This document shows positions 48,671 through 59,005 of a stretch of 64,000 nt of DNA, piece by piece. Positions within the stretch are counted from its first letter, which is position 1; every line of letters begins with the position of its first letter. The notes under the pieces are model-generated. The model saw only the letters and a list, made by a program, of their open reading frames with translations, ran no database searches and was not told the origin of the DNA. The stretch lies in assembly GCA_965216315.1 (NCBI GenBank), contig CBDCFN010000016.1, positions 1,632,001-1,696,000 on the forward strand, read 5' to 3'. Origin of the DNA: a bacterium. Lineage in GTDB: Bacteria; UBA10199; 2-02-FULL-50-16; JAJFLM01. The translations under genes and the position numbers were made by a program.

Positions 48671-49069
48671 CTATTTCAAAATGATCATCATATTTCCTTC
48701 GCGACGAGAACTCATGGCTGCAAATTTTTTGCGCAGCCATTTTTTAAAAACCGTTCTCGTGGCGGGAATCAACAAAATAAAACCAAACGCATCGGTTAAA
48801 AGTCCCGGCGTAATCAAGACAATGCCAGCAGCGAAAATGAGGAGACCGTCAACCATCTGTTCAGCCGGCATTTCACCCTGTTGTAAGCGCTCTGAAATAT
48901 TCAACCAGACCTTTAATCCCTGCCATCGCGCTAAAGCAGCTCCCGTTATCCCCGTAACGAGGACAATCAACAACGTATCCACTAAACCAATTTCTGTGCC
49001 CAGCTTGATGAGGATGATGATCTCAAGAAATGGTACCGCTACAAACAGGAATGCCAATTTCAAAAACAT
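48671..49069 (-). CDS. fxsA: FxsA family protein
   Basis: PFLEI, LITPGLLTDAFG. Confidence 0.9.
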   Translation of the reverse strand: MFLKLAFLFVAVPFLEIIILIKLGTEIGLVDTLLIVLVTGITGAALARWQGLKVWLNISERLQQGEMPAEQMVDGLLIFAAGIVLITPGLLTDAFGFILLIPATRTVFKKWLRKKFAAMSSRREGNMMIILK

Positions 49070-49116
49070 GAATTCAACTTAAACCCTTTAAAGGAGATGT
49101 CAATGCAGTGAGTCGA

Positions 49117-50376
49117 TTACCGCCCCAGAAATGCAACCAATTCATTCTTGGTCAGCAAAAAATCGCGTCGTATCTCTGAATATCGCCTTTTTTGATCTAA
49201 AATCCGTTGCGAAGCGCTCAGAACGTCGGGAGAATTTTTGGTGCCAAGTTCATATTCTTGCCTCGTCAGCTCAAGATATTTTTTCGTTTGCTGCACATTC
49301 GACTGAACCCCATGGACAAGATCGTGCCGCAAAGTTAGTATATGCTTTAGCTTGCGAAATTGCGCCTCAAGCTCACGTTTCTTTTGCTCTGATTGCAGCT
49401 TAACTCCTTTTGCCCGAAACTTAAGAGATTTAGCTTCTCGACTCGACTGCAGGCCATCAAAGAGGTTCATACTCAGTTGCGCACCTGCAACATATTCATC
49501 GCGCTCTTCAATCGCGGTCCGTTCGCGCTCTCGAAATGGATACAGGTTGTAATTTCCATAGATGTCGACCGATGGGGTCCACCATAGATTCGCCTTCTTC
49601 TTGGCAAGATCCAACGCTTCAGACTGCCGCCTTAAAAGTTGGACTTCATAATGCGCATCCGGGTCAAAATCCGCATTAAATAAATCATCTGTATGCTTGT
49701 GAGCCAAACTTCCCTTCAATTTAATTTCTTGATCTAACGGCATCCCCAAAACAGATTGTAAGAGCTCTAAAGTATGTTCATGATCTTCTTTAACGATCGC
49801 CAACTCCTGCCTCAGACGACCTTGATAAATAGCAAAATCCAATTTATCCGTTTCAGTCGTCAGCCCGGCATCGATACGCTTCTGAACCAACTCAATATTC
49901 TGACGATTATTAGCGAGCGCGTTCCGATAATGCCCTGCTATATCTTTTAGGAATAATGCCTTAACAAATAAATTGCGGGCACGTCGTAATTCGCTCAGAT
50001 AGTATTTTTGGGCCTGTGTATCCTTGACGCTCAGTTCTTTCTTGCGCCTCTTTTCCTCTAAATAATCTCGCCCACCTTCCAACAGGTTAATGTTCCCTTC
50101 AACGCCAGCAACTGGCTGGGTCATACGGTCTCGATCGAGCGTTCGAAAGGTTTCTCCACCACCGTGGGCCTTCACTTTAGGCAAAAAAGACCGTGGCAAA
50201 TGTCCTGTCCTCGCCTTGGCGCCCGCAGCAAATGCGTGCGAACCCTGAACAGCCAGATTCTGCTGTTGTACGAGCCGTGGCAAATCATCGAAAGAAATCG
50301 ACTCCGCCCACGCGATGTTTACAAGAGTCAAATTCAGCACGAAGCCCCAAACTATCAGAGAATAACGCGTTCTCAT
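49117..50376 (-). CDS. TolC family outer membrane protein
   Basis: Signal peptide, two OEP-like halves (AGLTTETD, YELGTKNSPDVL). Confidence 0.85.
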   Translation of the reverse strand: MRTRYSLIVWGFVLNLTLVNIAWAESISFDDLPRLVQQQNLAVQGSHAFAAGAKARTGHLPRSFLPKVKAHGGGETFRTLDRDRMTQPVAGVEGNINLLEGGRDYLEEKRRKKELSVKDTQAQKYYLSELRRARNLFVKALFLKDIAGHYRNALANNRQNIELVQKRIDAGLTTETDKLDFAIYQGRLRQELAIVKEDHEHTLELLQSVLGMPLDQEIKLKGSLAHKHTDDLFNADFDPDAHYEVQLLRRQSEALDLAKKKANLWWTPSVDIYGNYNLYPFRERERTAIEERDEYVAGAQLSMNLFDGLQSSREAKSLKFRAKGVKLQSEQKKRELEAQFRKLKHILTLRHDLVHGVQSNVQQTKKYLELTRQEYELGTKNSPDVLSASQRILDQKRRYSEIRRDFLLTKNELVAFLGR

Positions 50377-50390
50377 CACTGTTTCTCCCG

Positions 50391-50855
50391 TCAATCAAGG
50401 TTTTCAAACAAAACCAAGAGCTCTTTACCTTTTTCTTTAAATGTTATTTCTATATTAAACGGCTTACGTGACGGCTTGGGTGCGACACCACGAAAATTCT
50501 TTTTTTCTGCAGTCAAAGCAAAGGGCATTTTAGTCAGCGCCTCCCCCTTTTTTTTGACAATGAGCTTGGCGGTGGCCTTCGCTTCAAACTTGTTAATCGG
50601 TAGCGGTTTCATATGATTATCGTATAAATAGATCCGAACTGTGCGATCCGTGGCGCGAACCAGTTCCGCTTTATAGACAGGATCCGAGTGATCATGGTGA
50701 TCATGTTTATGAGCTGACTTCTCGCTTACCGCAGCAAGAATACCACCATACTTTCCTATAAGCTTCGACTGTTCACCATGGTGTCCTTCATGACTCAGCG
50801 CCGGCATGCTCACCATAAGACTCAACACGGTACTTAGATAAATAAACCTTTTCAT
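50391..50855 (-). CDS. Exported His-rich protein in the RND operon
   Basis: Signal peptide, HEGHH, GKYGG, HKHDHHDH. Confidence 0.75.
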   Translation of the reverse strand: MKRFIYLSTVLSLMVSMPALSHEGHHGEQSKLIGKYGGILAAVSEKSAHKHDHHDHSDPVYKAELVRATDRTVRIYLYDNHMKPLPINKFEAKATAKLIVKKKGEALTKMPFALTAEKKNFRGVAPKPSRKPFNIEITFKEKGKELLVLFENLD

Positions 50856-53800
50856 ATCTCCTCCTCCTGCGTGGATTGTGAAATTATTCGTGCGACCGAT
50901 TTACGACCAAAACGATAAAAGAGCGTTGGCGTCACGAGTATATCCAATAAGGTAGACGACAACAGGCCACCGACGATAACAACAGCCACAGGATAAAGGA
51001 TTTCTTTACCCGGTTCTCCTTTAGAAAACAAAATAGGCGTTAACGCCAGGATAGCAGTAAATGCGGTCATGAATACGGGAATAAGGCGTTCAAGTGTCCC
51101 CCGAATGACCATATTCAAATCAAAGGCCTCCCCTTCTTCTTGGACCAAATGAATATAATGACTGATCATCATGATGCCATTGCGGCTGGCAATACCGCAG
51201 AGCGTGATAAAAGCTATCAGGGTCGCCAATGAAAATACGCGTTCGGTGAGAAAAATAGCAATGATGCTCCCAATAAGGGCCAGAGGCACGTTCGCAATGA
51301 TTTGCAAGGTAAGTGGAACCGACCGGAAATGGAAATAGAGCACTAAGATAATCCCTAATAACGACAATGCCCCCAAAAAGAGAATCCGTTTGGAGGCCGC
51401 TCGTTGGCTTGCATATTGCCCCCCGTACTTAATAAAATAACCCGTCGGCAGTATCACTTCTTCCTGAATTTTAGCGCGAATATCCGCTACCAAACGTCCC
51501 AAATCGCGACCTTCCGAATTAGCCGAGATCGCCAAGCGTCGCAGCATATTTTCCCGATTGATCATATTGGGGCCACTGCCTTGATAGACGCTGGCCACAT
51601 CTTCAACATACACAGGAACACCATTGGGCAAAAAGCGGACTATGGCCTGCTGAATTTTAGACGGATCGGCACGCGATTGTTCATCAAAACGCATGAACAA
51701 CTCAAAATATTGTTGGTTTTCCAAGACCTGTCCCACAACACGACCATTCAAGGCCGCCTCTAGCTCTTCCGCTAACTTCCCGGTTGGAATACCACTCTTA
51801 CCGGCCGCTTGACGATCAATAGCGATTTTGAGCTGTGGCACTAAGACAAGCGGTTCCATTTGGATATCTACGAGATCTGGAACTGGCTGAATCGCATCGA
51901 CAATCTCTCCGCCAAGACGTCGCAGCTCACTGAGATCAGGGCCGAATAGCTTAATCGCAATTTGTGCCCGAATCCCGGACAATAAGTGATCGAGACGGTG
52001 AGAAATGGGCTGACCAATGTTAATCGTAATTTCCGAAGAAGTCGCCGCAATTTTTTGGCGTAATTCTTTCAAGACAATCGAGCGGTCTCTCCCCTCTTCA
52101 TGAAAATCAACATCGATTTCGTTCCAATAGACACCCTCAGCATGCTCGTCCATCTCTGCACGCCCGGTACGTCGCGTCGTCGATTTCACTTCAGGGATTT
52201 TCAAAATCGCTTTTTCTGCAAGATTGCCTAGTTCATTCGAGGCATCAAGAGAAATTCCCGGAGTTGCCGCCACACCAATAGTTGCCGTCCCTTCATTAAA
52301 TTTAGGGAGAAAATCCTGCCCCATGAAAGGCACAACACAAAGCACGGCCAAAAGCATGAATCCACACGATGCCATAATCAACTTGGGATGCCGGACCGCA
52401 TAACGGACTAACGTTTCAGCGCGTTTTTTTATAACTTGCACCAACTGAGAGTCCTTCGACTGTTGAATCACCTTGGAATGAGGCAAGAGGTAATAGCAAA
52501 GTACCGGTGATAGCGTCAGTGAGATGACAAGCGATGCGAGCAATGAAACGATATAGGCAATCCCTAACGGCACAAAAAGACGCCCTTCCATCCCACTCAA
52601 TGCAAAAAGCGGAATAAAGACAAGAATGACGATCAGCGTTGCAAAAACGATAGAATTACGCACCTCCGAGGATGCCGCATAGATAACGCGCAGCACTGGT
52701 TTGGGCTGCTGAGACTGGCTGTTTTCACGGAGACGGCGAAACACATTCTCCACGTTGACAATCGCATCGTCGACAACCTCTCCGATTGCAATGGCGAGAC
52801 CTCCGAGGGTCATTGTATTAATACTCAGGCCGAGAAACTTAAAAACAATACCGGTAATGACGAATGAAAGCGGAATAGCGCAAAGAGTAATGAATGTGGT
52901 ACGAGTATTGAACAAGAACAGAAAAAGTACCAATGCCACCATAATGGCACCGTGCAGGAGGGCTTCTTCCACATTCATGATAGCTCGATCAATAAAATGT
53001 GCTTGCTTAAAAAGGTCACTTCGAATAATCAGCCCGTCCGGCAGTGTCTTTTGAATATCTTGCAATTCCTGATCGATATGAAGACTCAGCTTGATCGTAT
53101 CTGTGCCCGGCTGTTTCTTAATCGTCATCACAACGGCTGGCGCTGCATTAATACTTCCGTCACCCCGTTTAATTTTGGCACCGAACTTGACTCGAGCAAT
53201 GTCTTTGACAAACACCGGCTTACCCAAATGCATAGCAACAAAGGAATTTTCGATCTCATCGAGGCTCTCGACGCGCCCGAGTGGACGGATTAAATATTCC
53301 TGAGTCTCAATATCAATAAAACCGCCGGTGGTATTGAGACTAATCTCTGACAAGGCGTGTTCGAGCTCTTCTAATGAGATGCCAAAATATTGTAGTTTTT
53401 GACTGGATACCAAGATTTGGTACTGCTTGACCTCTCCCCCAATCACGACAACTTGACTGATCCCGGAAATGGCCAGCAAGCGGGGACGAATGACCCAGTC
53501 GGCAATCGTGCGCAGCTCCATCGGCGACACATCGGTTTTTGGGCTCGTTAATCCGACAAATTGTATCTCACCCATTAACGACGTAATGGGCGCCATCGTT
53601 GGCTGCATACCTTCTGGCAATTGCCCCTGGAGGAGTTGGAGTCGTTCGGTTAATAATTGGCGGTTGCGATAAATATCAGTAGCCCACTCAAACTCAACAA
53701 CAACGATCGAAATCCCAATCCCGCTGTTAGAACGAACCCGAACAACACCCGGCACACCATTCATCACGGATTCGATCGGTATCGTGACCAAGGTTTCAAC

Positions 53801-53980
53801 CTCTTCCGGAGCGAGACCATGAGACTCGGTCAGAATCGTCACCGTCGGCCGGTTAAGATCGGGAAAAACATCGACCGGCAGCCGTGAAATCGTCCAACTA
53901 CCATAGCTAAAAGTAGCAATGGCCAAGACTAGAATGGCCAAGCGATGCTTGAGCGCATAGCGTATAACCGCATTTATCAT
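50852..53980 (-). CDS. Heavy-metal efflux RND permease (CusA/CzcA family)
   Basis: LPVDVFPDL, GLAPEEVE, AIGEVVDDAIV, GIASRNGI, RLIPVFMTA. Confidence 0.93.
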   Translation of the reverse strand: MINAVIRYALKHRLAILVLAIATFSYGSWTISRLPVDVFPDLNRPTVTILTESHGLAPEEVETLVTIPIESVMNGVPGVVRVRSNSGIGISIVVVEFEWATDIYRNRQLLTERLQLLQGQLPEGMQPTMAPITSLMGEIQFVGLTSPKTDVSPMELRTIADWVIRPRLLAISGISQVVVIGGEVKQYQILVSSQKLQYFGISLEELEHALSEISLNTTGGFIDIETQEYLIRPLGRVESLDEIENSFVAMHLGKPVFVKDIARVKFGAKIKRGDGSINAAPAVVMTIKKQPGTDTIKLSLHIDQELQDIQKTLPDGLIIRSDLFKQAHFIDRAIMNVEEALLHGAIMVALVLFLFLFNTRTTFITLCAIPLSFVITGIVFKFLGLSINTMTLGGLAIAIGEVVDDAIVNVENVFRRLRENSQSQQPKPVLRVIYAASSEVRNSIVFATLIVILVFIPLFALSGMEGRLFVPLGIAYIVSLLASLVISLTLSPVLCYYLLPHSKVIQQSKDSQLVQVIKKRAETLVRYAVRHPKLIMASCGFMLLAVLCVVPFMGQDFLPKFNEGTATIGVAATPGISLDASNELGNLAEKAILKIPEVKSTTRRTGRAEMDEHAEGVYWNEIDVDFHEEGRDRSIVLKELRQKIAATSSEITINIGQPISHRLDHLLSGIRAQIAIKLFGPDLSELRRLGGEIVDAIQPVPDLVDIQMEPLVLVPQLKIAIDRQAAGKSGIPTGKLAEELEAALNGRVVGQVLENQQYFELFMRFDEQSRADPSKIQQAIVRFLPNGVPVYVEDVASVYQGSGPNMINRENMLRRLAISANSEGRDLGRLVADIRAKIQEEVILPTGYFIKYGGQYASQRAASKRILFLGALSLLGIILVLYFHFRSVPLTLQIIANVPLALIGSIIAIFLTERVFSLATLIAFITLCGIASRNGIMMISHYIHLVQEEGEAFDLNMVIRGTLERLIPVFMTAFTAILALTPILFSKGEPGKEILYPVAVVIVGGLLSSTLLDILVTPTLFYRFGRKSVARIISQSTQEEEI

Positions 53981-54021
53981 ATATCACCTAAACTGAGATT
54001 TACCGGGAAAACAAAGACTAC

Positions 54022-54306
54022 TTAGGCTGAAAAAATAGGTGGGCGGAAAATGGAAGCAGGAATCATCCTAAGGATGATATTGAGCGAAGCATCTGAAATA
54101 TAGCGGACTTCATCGGAGGTCGTAAGCCCTTGCGCGCTTTCCTTTTGAGGAGCCAAATTATGAGAGGCACAGCATTGGATGCCGCAATGATGCTCCTGCT
54201 GTGGACCCTCAGCATCATGCTCTGCATGGAGCTCTAAAGCGGCGAAAAGAAACCCCAGGACAATCAATATCCCGAAGAACTTGGCCTGTCGGCGAAAACG
54301 CTTCAT
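54022..54306 (-). CDS. Putative metal-responsive leader protein (TM segment, His/Cys cluster, C-terminal IFRPP)
   Basis: HAEHD..EHHCGIQCC..SIFRPPI, ends about 41 nt upstream of the RND gene. Confidence 0.65.
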   Translation of the reverse strand: MKRFRRQAKFFGILIVLGFLFAALELHAEHDAEGPQQEHHCGIQCCASHNLAPQKESAQGLTTSDEVRYISDASLNIILRMIPASIFRPPIFSA

Positions 54307-54413
54307 TAAGTAAATATTCAAGGGAGGCGCCTAAAATAGCAAGGGCTTAATCGAATAGTTCAATTATTCATTTATATTTCAATATATTATGCCGCATACC
54401 TCAATAAAAAGGT

Positions 54414-54917
54414 TTAAGGTAAAGCTCGGCCCATATGCAGCAAAAACTGTGCCTTACCCCAGGGATCTTTACGCGCCTCCTGCGCAAAGATTGCAAAACC
54501 TAGCCGTTTATAGAATTGGAGCGCTGCTTCGTTGGACTCAAAGCAGGATAGCTTGATCTCCCCGATCTGATACAGTTCCACGGCCTTTGCGACCATTGCT
54601 TCGACCAGAGCCTTCCCCCGTCCCCGGCCACGATATGAGGGGTGGATAATAAGATTACCAATCCAGGCTTCTTGGCCGGGCACAACATCATAAAGATTGG
54701 CAAAACCGATCACCTGACCGTCAACTTCCATGATCGTATTGCCTTCACGATTACGAAATTCCTCCGCTAAACAGTCTCGGGTTAACGTTGGCGCTAACTT
54801 GGGTGCAAAAAAGAAAATTTCTCGCTCATTTTGAGGGAGCTGACAAATAGACTCTAGGTCACTTTGACTTAATTCACGAATCTTCACGTCGAAATCCAAG
54901 GCATTGTACTTGACCAA
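54414..54917 (-). CDS. GNAT family acetyltransferase
   Basis: HPSYRGRGRG, NEAALQFYKRLGF. Confidence 0.85.
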   Translation of the reverse strand: MVKYNALDFDVKIRELSQSDLESICQLPQNEREIFFFAPKLAPTLTRDCLAEEFRNREGNTIMEVDGQVIGFANLYDVVPGQEAWIGNLIIHPSYRGRGRGKALVEAMVAKAVELYQIGEIKLSCFESNEAALQFYKRLGFAIFAQEARKDPWGKAQFLLHMGRALP

Positions 54918-54972
54918 TCTGCATCCGTCTCAATATACGCATCTAACATACCCTAAAAAAGGAGATTGATCT

Positions 54973-55389
54973 ATGCTCAAGGAATTTAAGGAATTTGCAA
55001 TGCGAGGCAACGTCGTCGACATGGCCGTCGGCATCGTTGTCGGTGGGGCCTTTGGTAAAATTGTCGCCTCGTTTGTCAAAGATATTATCATGCCGCCGAT
55101 TGGTCAGTTTCTGGGCGGTGCGAGGTTCTCAGCTCTCTTCATTAACTTGTCCGAGACGCCGTACGCCACGTTAAAAGAAGCACAAGCCGCTGGCGCCGCC
55201 ACGATCAATTACGGTGCGTTTATCATGACAATTGTTGATTTCATCATCATCGCCTTTGCGATCTTCATCGTCGTCAAGGGCATGAATAGCCTTAAGAGAA
55301 AGGCTGGAGAGGCCCCGGAGGCACTACCGGAACCTTCCAACGAAGAGAAACTGTTAGGCGAGATTCGTGACTTACTGCAAAAAAAATAG
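54973..55389 (+). CDS. mscL: Large-conductance mechanosensitive channel
   Basis: [29 protein letters not shown]. Confidence 0.97.
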   Translation: MLKEFKEFAMRGNVVDMAVGIVVGGAFGKIVASFVKDIIMPPIGQFLGGARFSALFINLSETPYATLKEAQAAGAATINYGAFIMTIVDFIIIAFAIFIVVKGMNSLKRKAGEAPEALPEPSNEEKLLGEIRDLLQKK

Positions 55390-55412
55390 AATCATGCAAC
55401 TCGCATTTGGGG

Positions 55413-56192
55413 TCACGATGAAGATTTAATCTTAATTTGCGCTCGCTGGGCTAAGTGCTGAAAGGCTTCCGTGTAGAGCAATGGCTCTTCAATTCCGAAC
55501 GGAAACTGCTTGGTCATCCAAGTGCTTCCATCACTAAACGTCACCTTATAATACGGCCGCTCCATTAACTTGCCCTGACGGTTCAGATAGTATTGATGAA
55601 AGGAGATTTCTTTGACCGTATCTAGCGCATAGATCCTTGGCTCACCTTTCATGAACTTATAGATGCTGACACCTTTAGCATGTAAATGAACCGCATTTTG
55701 GCTGATGTAAGTCAGGAAAAAAACCGCCACAATAATGATAAAAGAATAGAGCCCGATAAAGACTTTTTTAACATTCATCCGACTACGTCGCGATGATTCT
55801 TCTGCAAAAAGCGACGCTTTTTCCTCCCCTAAAAAAGCGTTCATCAGAAAAACACTCAACATTCCCCCTATCCCGAGCGCGGCAAAACCAATCCCCAGGT
55901 ACCAACTCCACGGATCCGGCACAATCAGTGTCTCACCAACCGTCAAAGAGGCCTGCTTCCAGCGGAGCCACCAACTATAACCTTGATAGAGCAGACTCCC
56001 CACCAAGAAGAGACAGGCGACAAATACCAGGCCAAAACCAAGCTGTGCCTTTTGGTACTCAGATTCACTTAAGGGCTGTTGAGTGGGTTTCTGTTGCGTC
56101 GAGCGCCGCGGAAAGTATTTACGCAGCAGCGCAAACGACAGCCACATCAAAAGAGCCCCGAGGGCTGTACTGATCCAACTTATGTAATCCAT
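55413..56192 (-). CDS. Hypothetical membrane protein (about 4 TM)
   Basis: Hydrophobic segments; start set at MDYISW. Confidence 0.65.
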   Translation of the reverse strand: MDYISWISTALGALLMWLSFALLRKYFPRRSTQQKPTQQPLSESEYQKAQLGFGLVFVACLFLVGSLLYQGYSWWLRWKQASLTVGETLIVPDPWSWYLGIGFAALGIGGMLSVFLMNAFLGEEKASLFAEESSRRSRMNVKKVFIGLYSFIIIVAVFFLTYISQNAVHLHAKGVSIYKFMKGEPRIYALDTVKEISFHQYYLNRQGKLMERPYYKVTFSDGSTWMTKQFPFGIEEPLLYTEAFQHLAQRAQIKIKSSS

Positions 56193-56385
56193 AATAAATC
56201 CTGGTTGCGGCCACCCTACTCCTTCTCCACTGAATTTCAATAACTCTTTGACCCCACAGAATTTCTCTGAATAAGATCGCTTATATCTTAATGTCGAAGG
56301 TAGCACATTAGATTCGTTTACAAAAAAGTCAGAACCTAAATACAATTTGGTAATCCCTTATAGTGTTTGGGAAAAGTAAATCAAG

Positions 56386-57057
56386 CTATGAAGAAACGCA
56401 TCCGCATTGACCCATAATGCAATTACTAAAATAAATAGAATCTAGCTTTCCCTTCTTATTAAAGAAGAACGCAACATTGATGGCCTGAAATTCGCCCTTC
56501 TTAGGGTCCTGATAGCAGTCTTTTTCTTTACGGCGATCTCGCTCAATGACATAAATCATTTTCACCTCGTTTTGAAAGGTCGCATTGCCGAGCATTTTTT
56601 CAATATCGTGCGGTGTCGATTTTCCGAGTTGCAATTCCGGATACCGCGTTGAGAGCGGAGTGAAGTCTGCCTTTGAAAATACTTTTTCATACTTAATCGG
56701 TAATAAGTAGGGGCCTGCACAGGCATCCATTCGTTCGGGATCCCCGGTGAGCTTATAGATAAAGCCTTCCGTCTCCGAATCCTTACGCGTCAACTCGTAG
56801 ATTTTACCGTCCACTTTAAAGCAAAAACTTCTGTAATCAGCAAACTGAATTGTAGCCAGCTTAGGCTCTTTCATACGCTTGCTAAGCGTCTTATCGATAG
56901 CGGGTCCAAACTTACGTAGTTCCAGGCTGAGCAGCTTGGGAGTGATTCCAAAGAGATCAAAGCTCAGGATTTTAGGCGCAGCGAACGCTGGACTGACATG
57001 CCCTAAAAAAACCACGCAGCAAAATAGGCTTAGCAAACTATATCGATTAATCATCAT
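56386..57057 (-). CDS. Hypothetical exported protein
   Basis: Signal peptide ending AFA, Cys-containing C-terminus. Confidence 0.65.
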   Translation of the reverse strand: MMINRYSLLSLFCCVVFLGHVSPAFAAPKILSFDLFGITPKLLSLELRKFGPAIDKTLSKRMKEPKLATIQFADYRSFCFKVDGKIYELTRKDSETEGFIYKLTGDPERMDACAGPYLLPIKYEKVFSKADFTPLSTRYPELQLGKSTPHDIEKMLGNATFQNEVKMIYVIERDRRKEKDCYQDPKKGEFQAINVAFFFNKKGKLDSIYFSNCIMGQCGCVSS

Positions 57058-57072
57058 GACTCCATAGTTTAT

Positions 57073-58056
57073 TTAGCGACTCCACTCCAAAATTTGCTCA
57101 TAAACCTGCTGATGACGTGCCAGCCCCAAATGTGAGAGACCGTTAAAAGTCTTGTAATGCTCCATCAAAAAAGGAATGGACCGGGATTCTGCAAAACTCT
57201 GACCCGTGACACTTCTCGAAGGCACCACACCGTCGCCAAAATAACGCTTAAAGATATTGTCCGCTTCCTTCGCGAGCTGGGCGGCAATAACATAATAGTC
57301 GACCCCTGCCAGCAAGGGAACATGATGACGATTATCTCTAAGCAGCGCATCGGCATCTTCGTCCTGCCAATCCTCATCCAGAATATAGCCAAAACGCAGG
57401 TCCTTAATCCCGGCACTGCGCTTGTTGGCAATCGCGGCAATACCTTTGGTATAAAGATTGGGGACGGTTTGTAGTATCTTCGACGTTAGATTACCGAGCT
57501 TTTCGTAGTCCGTGCCTAGATGGGGCGATCCCAAGAGAAAGACCTTTTTGACTCGTTTGACCCAAGCAGCCTGTTCTTTTTGACCATAATGACAGGCACT
57601 CCGCACGACGAGTCCACCCATGCTATGCCCGATAAAAATAATTTCTCGAACAGGCGATGAGGGTTCCTCGCAAAGCTCACAGAGCAACTCCGAAAGATTC
57701 TGCCCATTCGTGGAGATATGGAGACCTGAATTATATCTTAAATAGAGCGGACTATAACCCAGCTCTTTTTGGAGCAACGAACCATAGTTTCGGTCCGGAT
57801 CATCCGGAAAGTTCCAGGTATCCTCCGAATCACACAGGCCATGCACCAAGATACAGGCCTTGCCATCCTGAATTTCACCAATGAGACTCATCTCGATCGC
57901 AAGTGGGCTGCCTTTTAAAGCAAGTGAGTCCCCGATCACGCCATTGAGTGCCGAGATATAACGGTGCTTATTCTCGGGTACGGTCTGTAACGTCCCCCAT
58001 GACGCCCGCGCACCCTCCTCAATGATCTTGAATAAACTATTAAGATTTCCGCCCAT
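57073..58056 (-). CDS. PGAP1-like alpha/beta hydrolase
   Basis: LVHGL, YNSGLHIS, GHSMGGLV, LGSPHLG, GDGVVP. Confidence 0.85.
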   Translation of the reverse strand: MGGNLNSLFKIIEEGARASWGTLQTVPENKHRYISALNGVIGDSLALKGSPLAIEMSLIGEIQDGKACILVHGLCDSEDTWNFPDDPDRNYGSLLQKELGYSPLYLRYNSGLHISTNGQNLSELLCELCEEPSSPVREIIFIGHSMGGLVVRSACHYGQKEQAAWVKRVKKVFLLGSPHLGTDYEKLGNLTSKILQTVPNLYTKGIAAIANKRSAGIKDLRFGYILDEDWQDEDADALLRDNRHHVPLLAGVDYYVIAAQLAKEADNIFKRYFGDGVVPSRSVTGQSFAESRSIPFLMEHYKTFNGLSHLGLARHQQVYEQILEWSR

Positions 58057-58073
58057 AACCCTAGCAGGCCCGC

Positions 58074-58982
58074 CTATCGGGTATTTGTCAAGGCCATCCC
58101 CTCAATCGCGGCTTCCTTGCCCTGCCAGATCTCATTCAACCAACGCTGATACTGCTCGCGAGCACCCGGATCATTGATATAGTCTTGCTGGGCGAGTTCC
58201 ATTGGAAAGGGGAGCGGCTTGATAGAAACCGTAATCTTGCGGATTTTTCCGGCCATCAAATCCCAAAAACTCACCGTTTCAGGATCATAGAAAAGAGTGA
58301 CATCCAAGAGAACTTTGAGATTTTCTTTCATCTCGGTAAGCGCCATTGCAACCCCTCCAACACGCGGCTTTAAGAGATATTGAAACGGAGGCTCTTGCTT
58401 GCGATGTTTTTCTATCGAAAACCGTGTCCCCTCCGGAAAGGCAATGATACACACGGGGTATCGGTTAAACTTCTGACAGGAGCGCCCTATCCTCGCTAGA
58501 TCCTGACCCATTAATTCCGGTTTCTCCACCAATTGCTGACGCGTGTAACGGTCTAAAAATGGGTAGTCCAAAGCCTCCCAGCAATAGCCCATAATCGGAA
58601 CCTTTCTGAGCTGCTGTTTTAAAAAATATTTAATGAAGGGAGATTTACGATGCAGACAATGAAAAAGCACAAAGATATCTACCCAAGAACGATGATTGGA
58701 AAGGACAAAGACCCACTCACTCCTGTCGGGAATAGCCTCGCTCCCACGAACGTCCCATTCAATTTTCTGGGTCATAAAAAGGATAAAATCGTTAACATAG
58801 TGCCAGCAGTTCACGATTTGATCCAGCCATCTCGAATATAGGGCGTGTCGCTTGGGATCTTTGGTCCAGCGCTTCAGGAGAGAAACGACATAAAAGGGAA
58901 AGCACGCGGTTGCAATAATGTTCAGAATAATAAGAAATAGTGACAACGGCCCCAATAGAAATGACGGTAAGAAATGCAGCAT
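58074..58982 (-). CDS. yihG: PlsC-family acyltransferase (YihG-like)
   Basis: NHRSWVD, FPEGTRF, LLKPRVGG. Confidence 0.85.
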   Translation of the reverse strand: MLHFLPSFLLGPLSLFLIILNIIATACFPFYVVSLLKRWTKDPKRHALYSRWLDQIVNCWHYVNDFILFMTQKIEWDVRGSEAIPDRSEWVFVLSNHRSWVDIFVLFHCLHRKSPFIKYFLKQQLRKVPIMGYCWEALDYPFLDRYTRQQLVEKPELMGQDLARIGRSCQKFNRYPVCIIAFPEGTRFSIEKHRKQEPPFQYLLKPRVGGVAMALTEMKENLKVLLDVTLFYDPETVSFWDLMAGKIRKITVSIKPLPFPMELAQQDYINDPGAREQYQRWLNEIWQGKEAAIEGMALTNTR

Positions 58983-59005
58983 AGATGGATAAATTACTCA
59001 CTTCA

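Noticed and set aside
56193..56345. Upstream extension of the membrane protein ORF
   Set aside because: TTG start without SD and atypical sequence; it could be a gene remnant but this is unsupported
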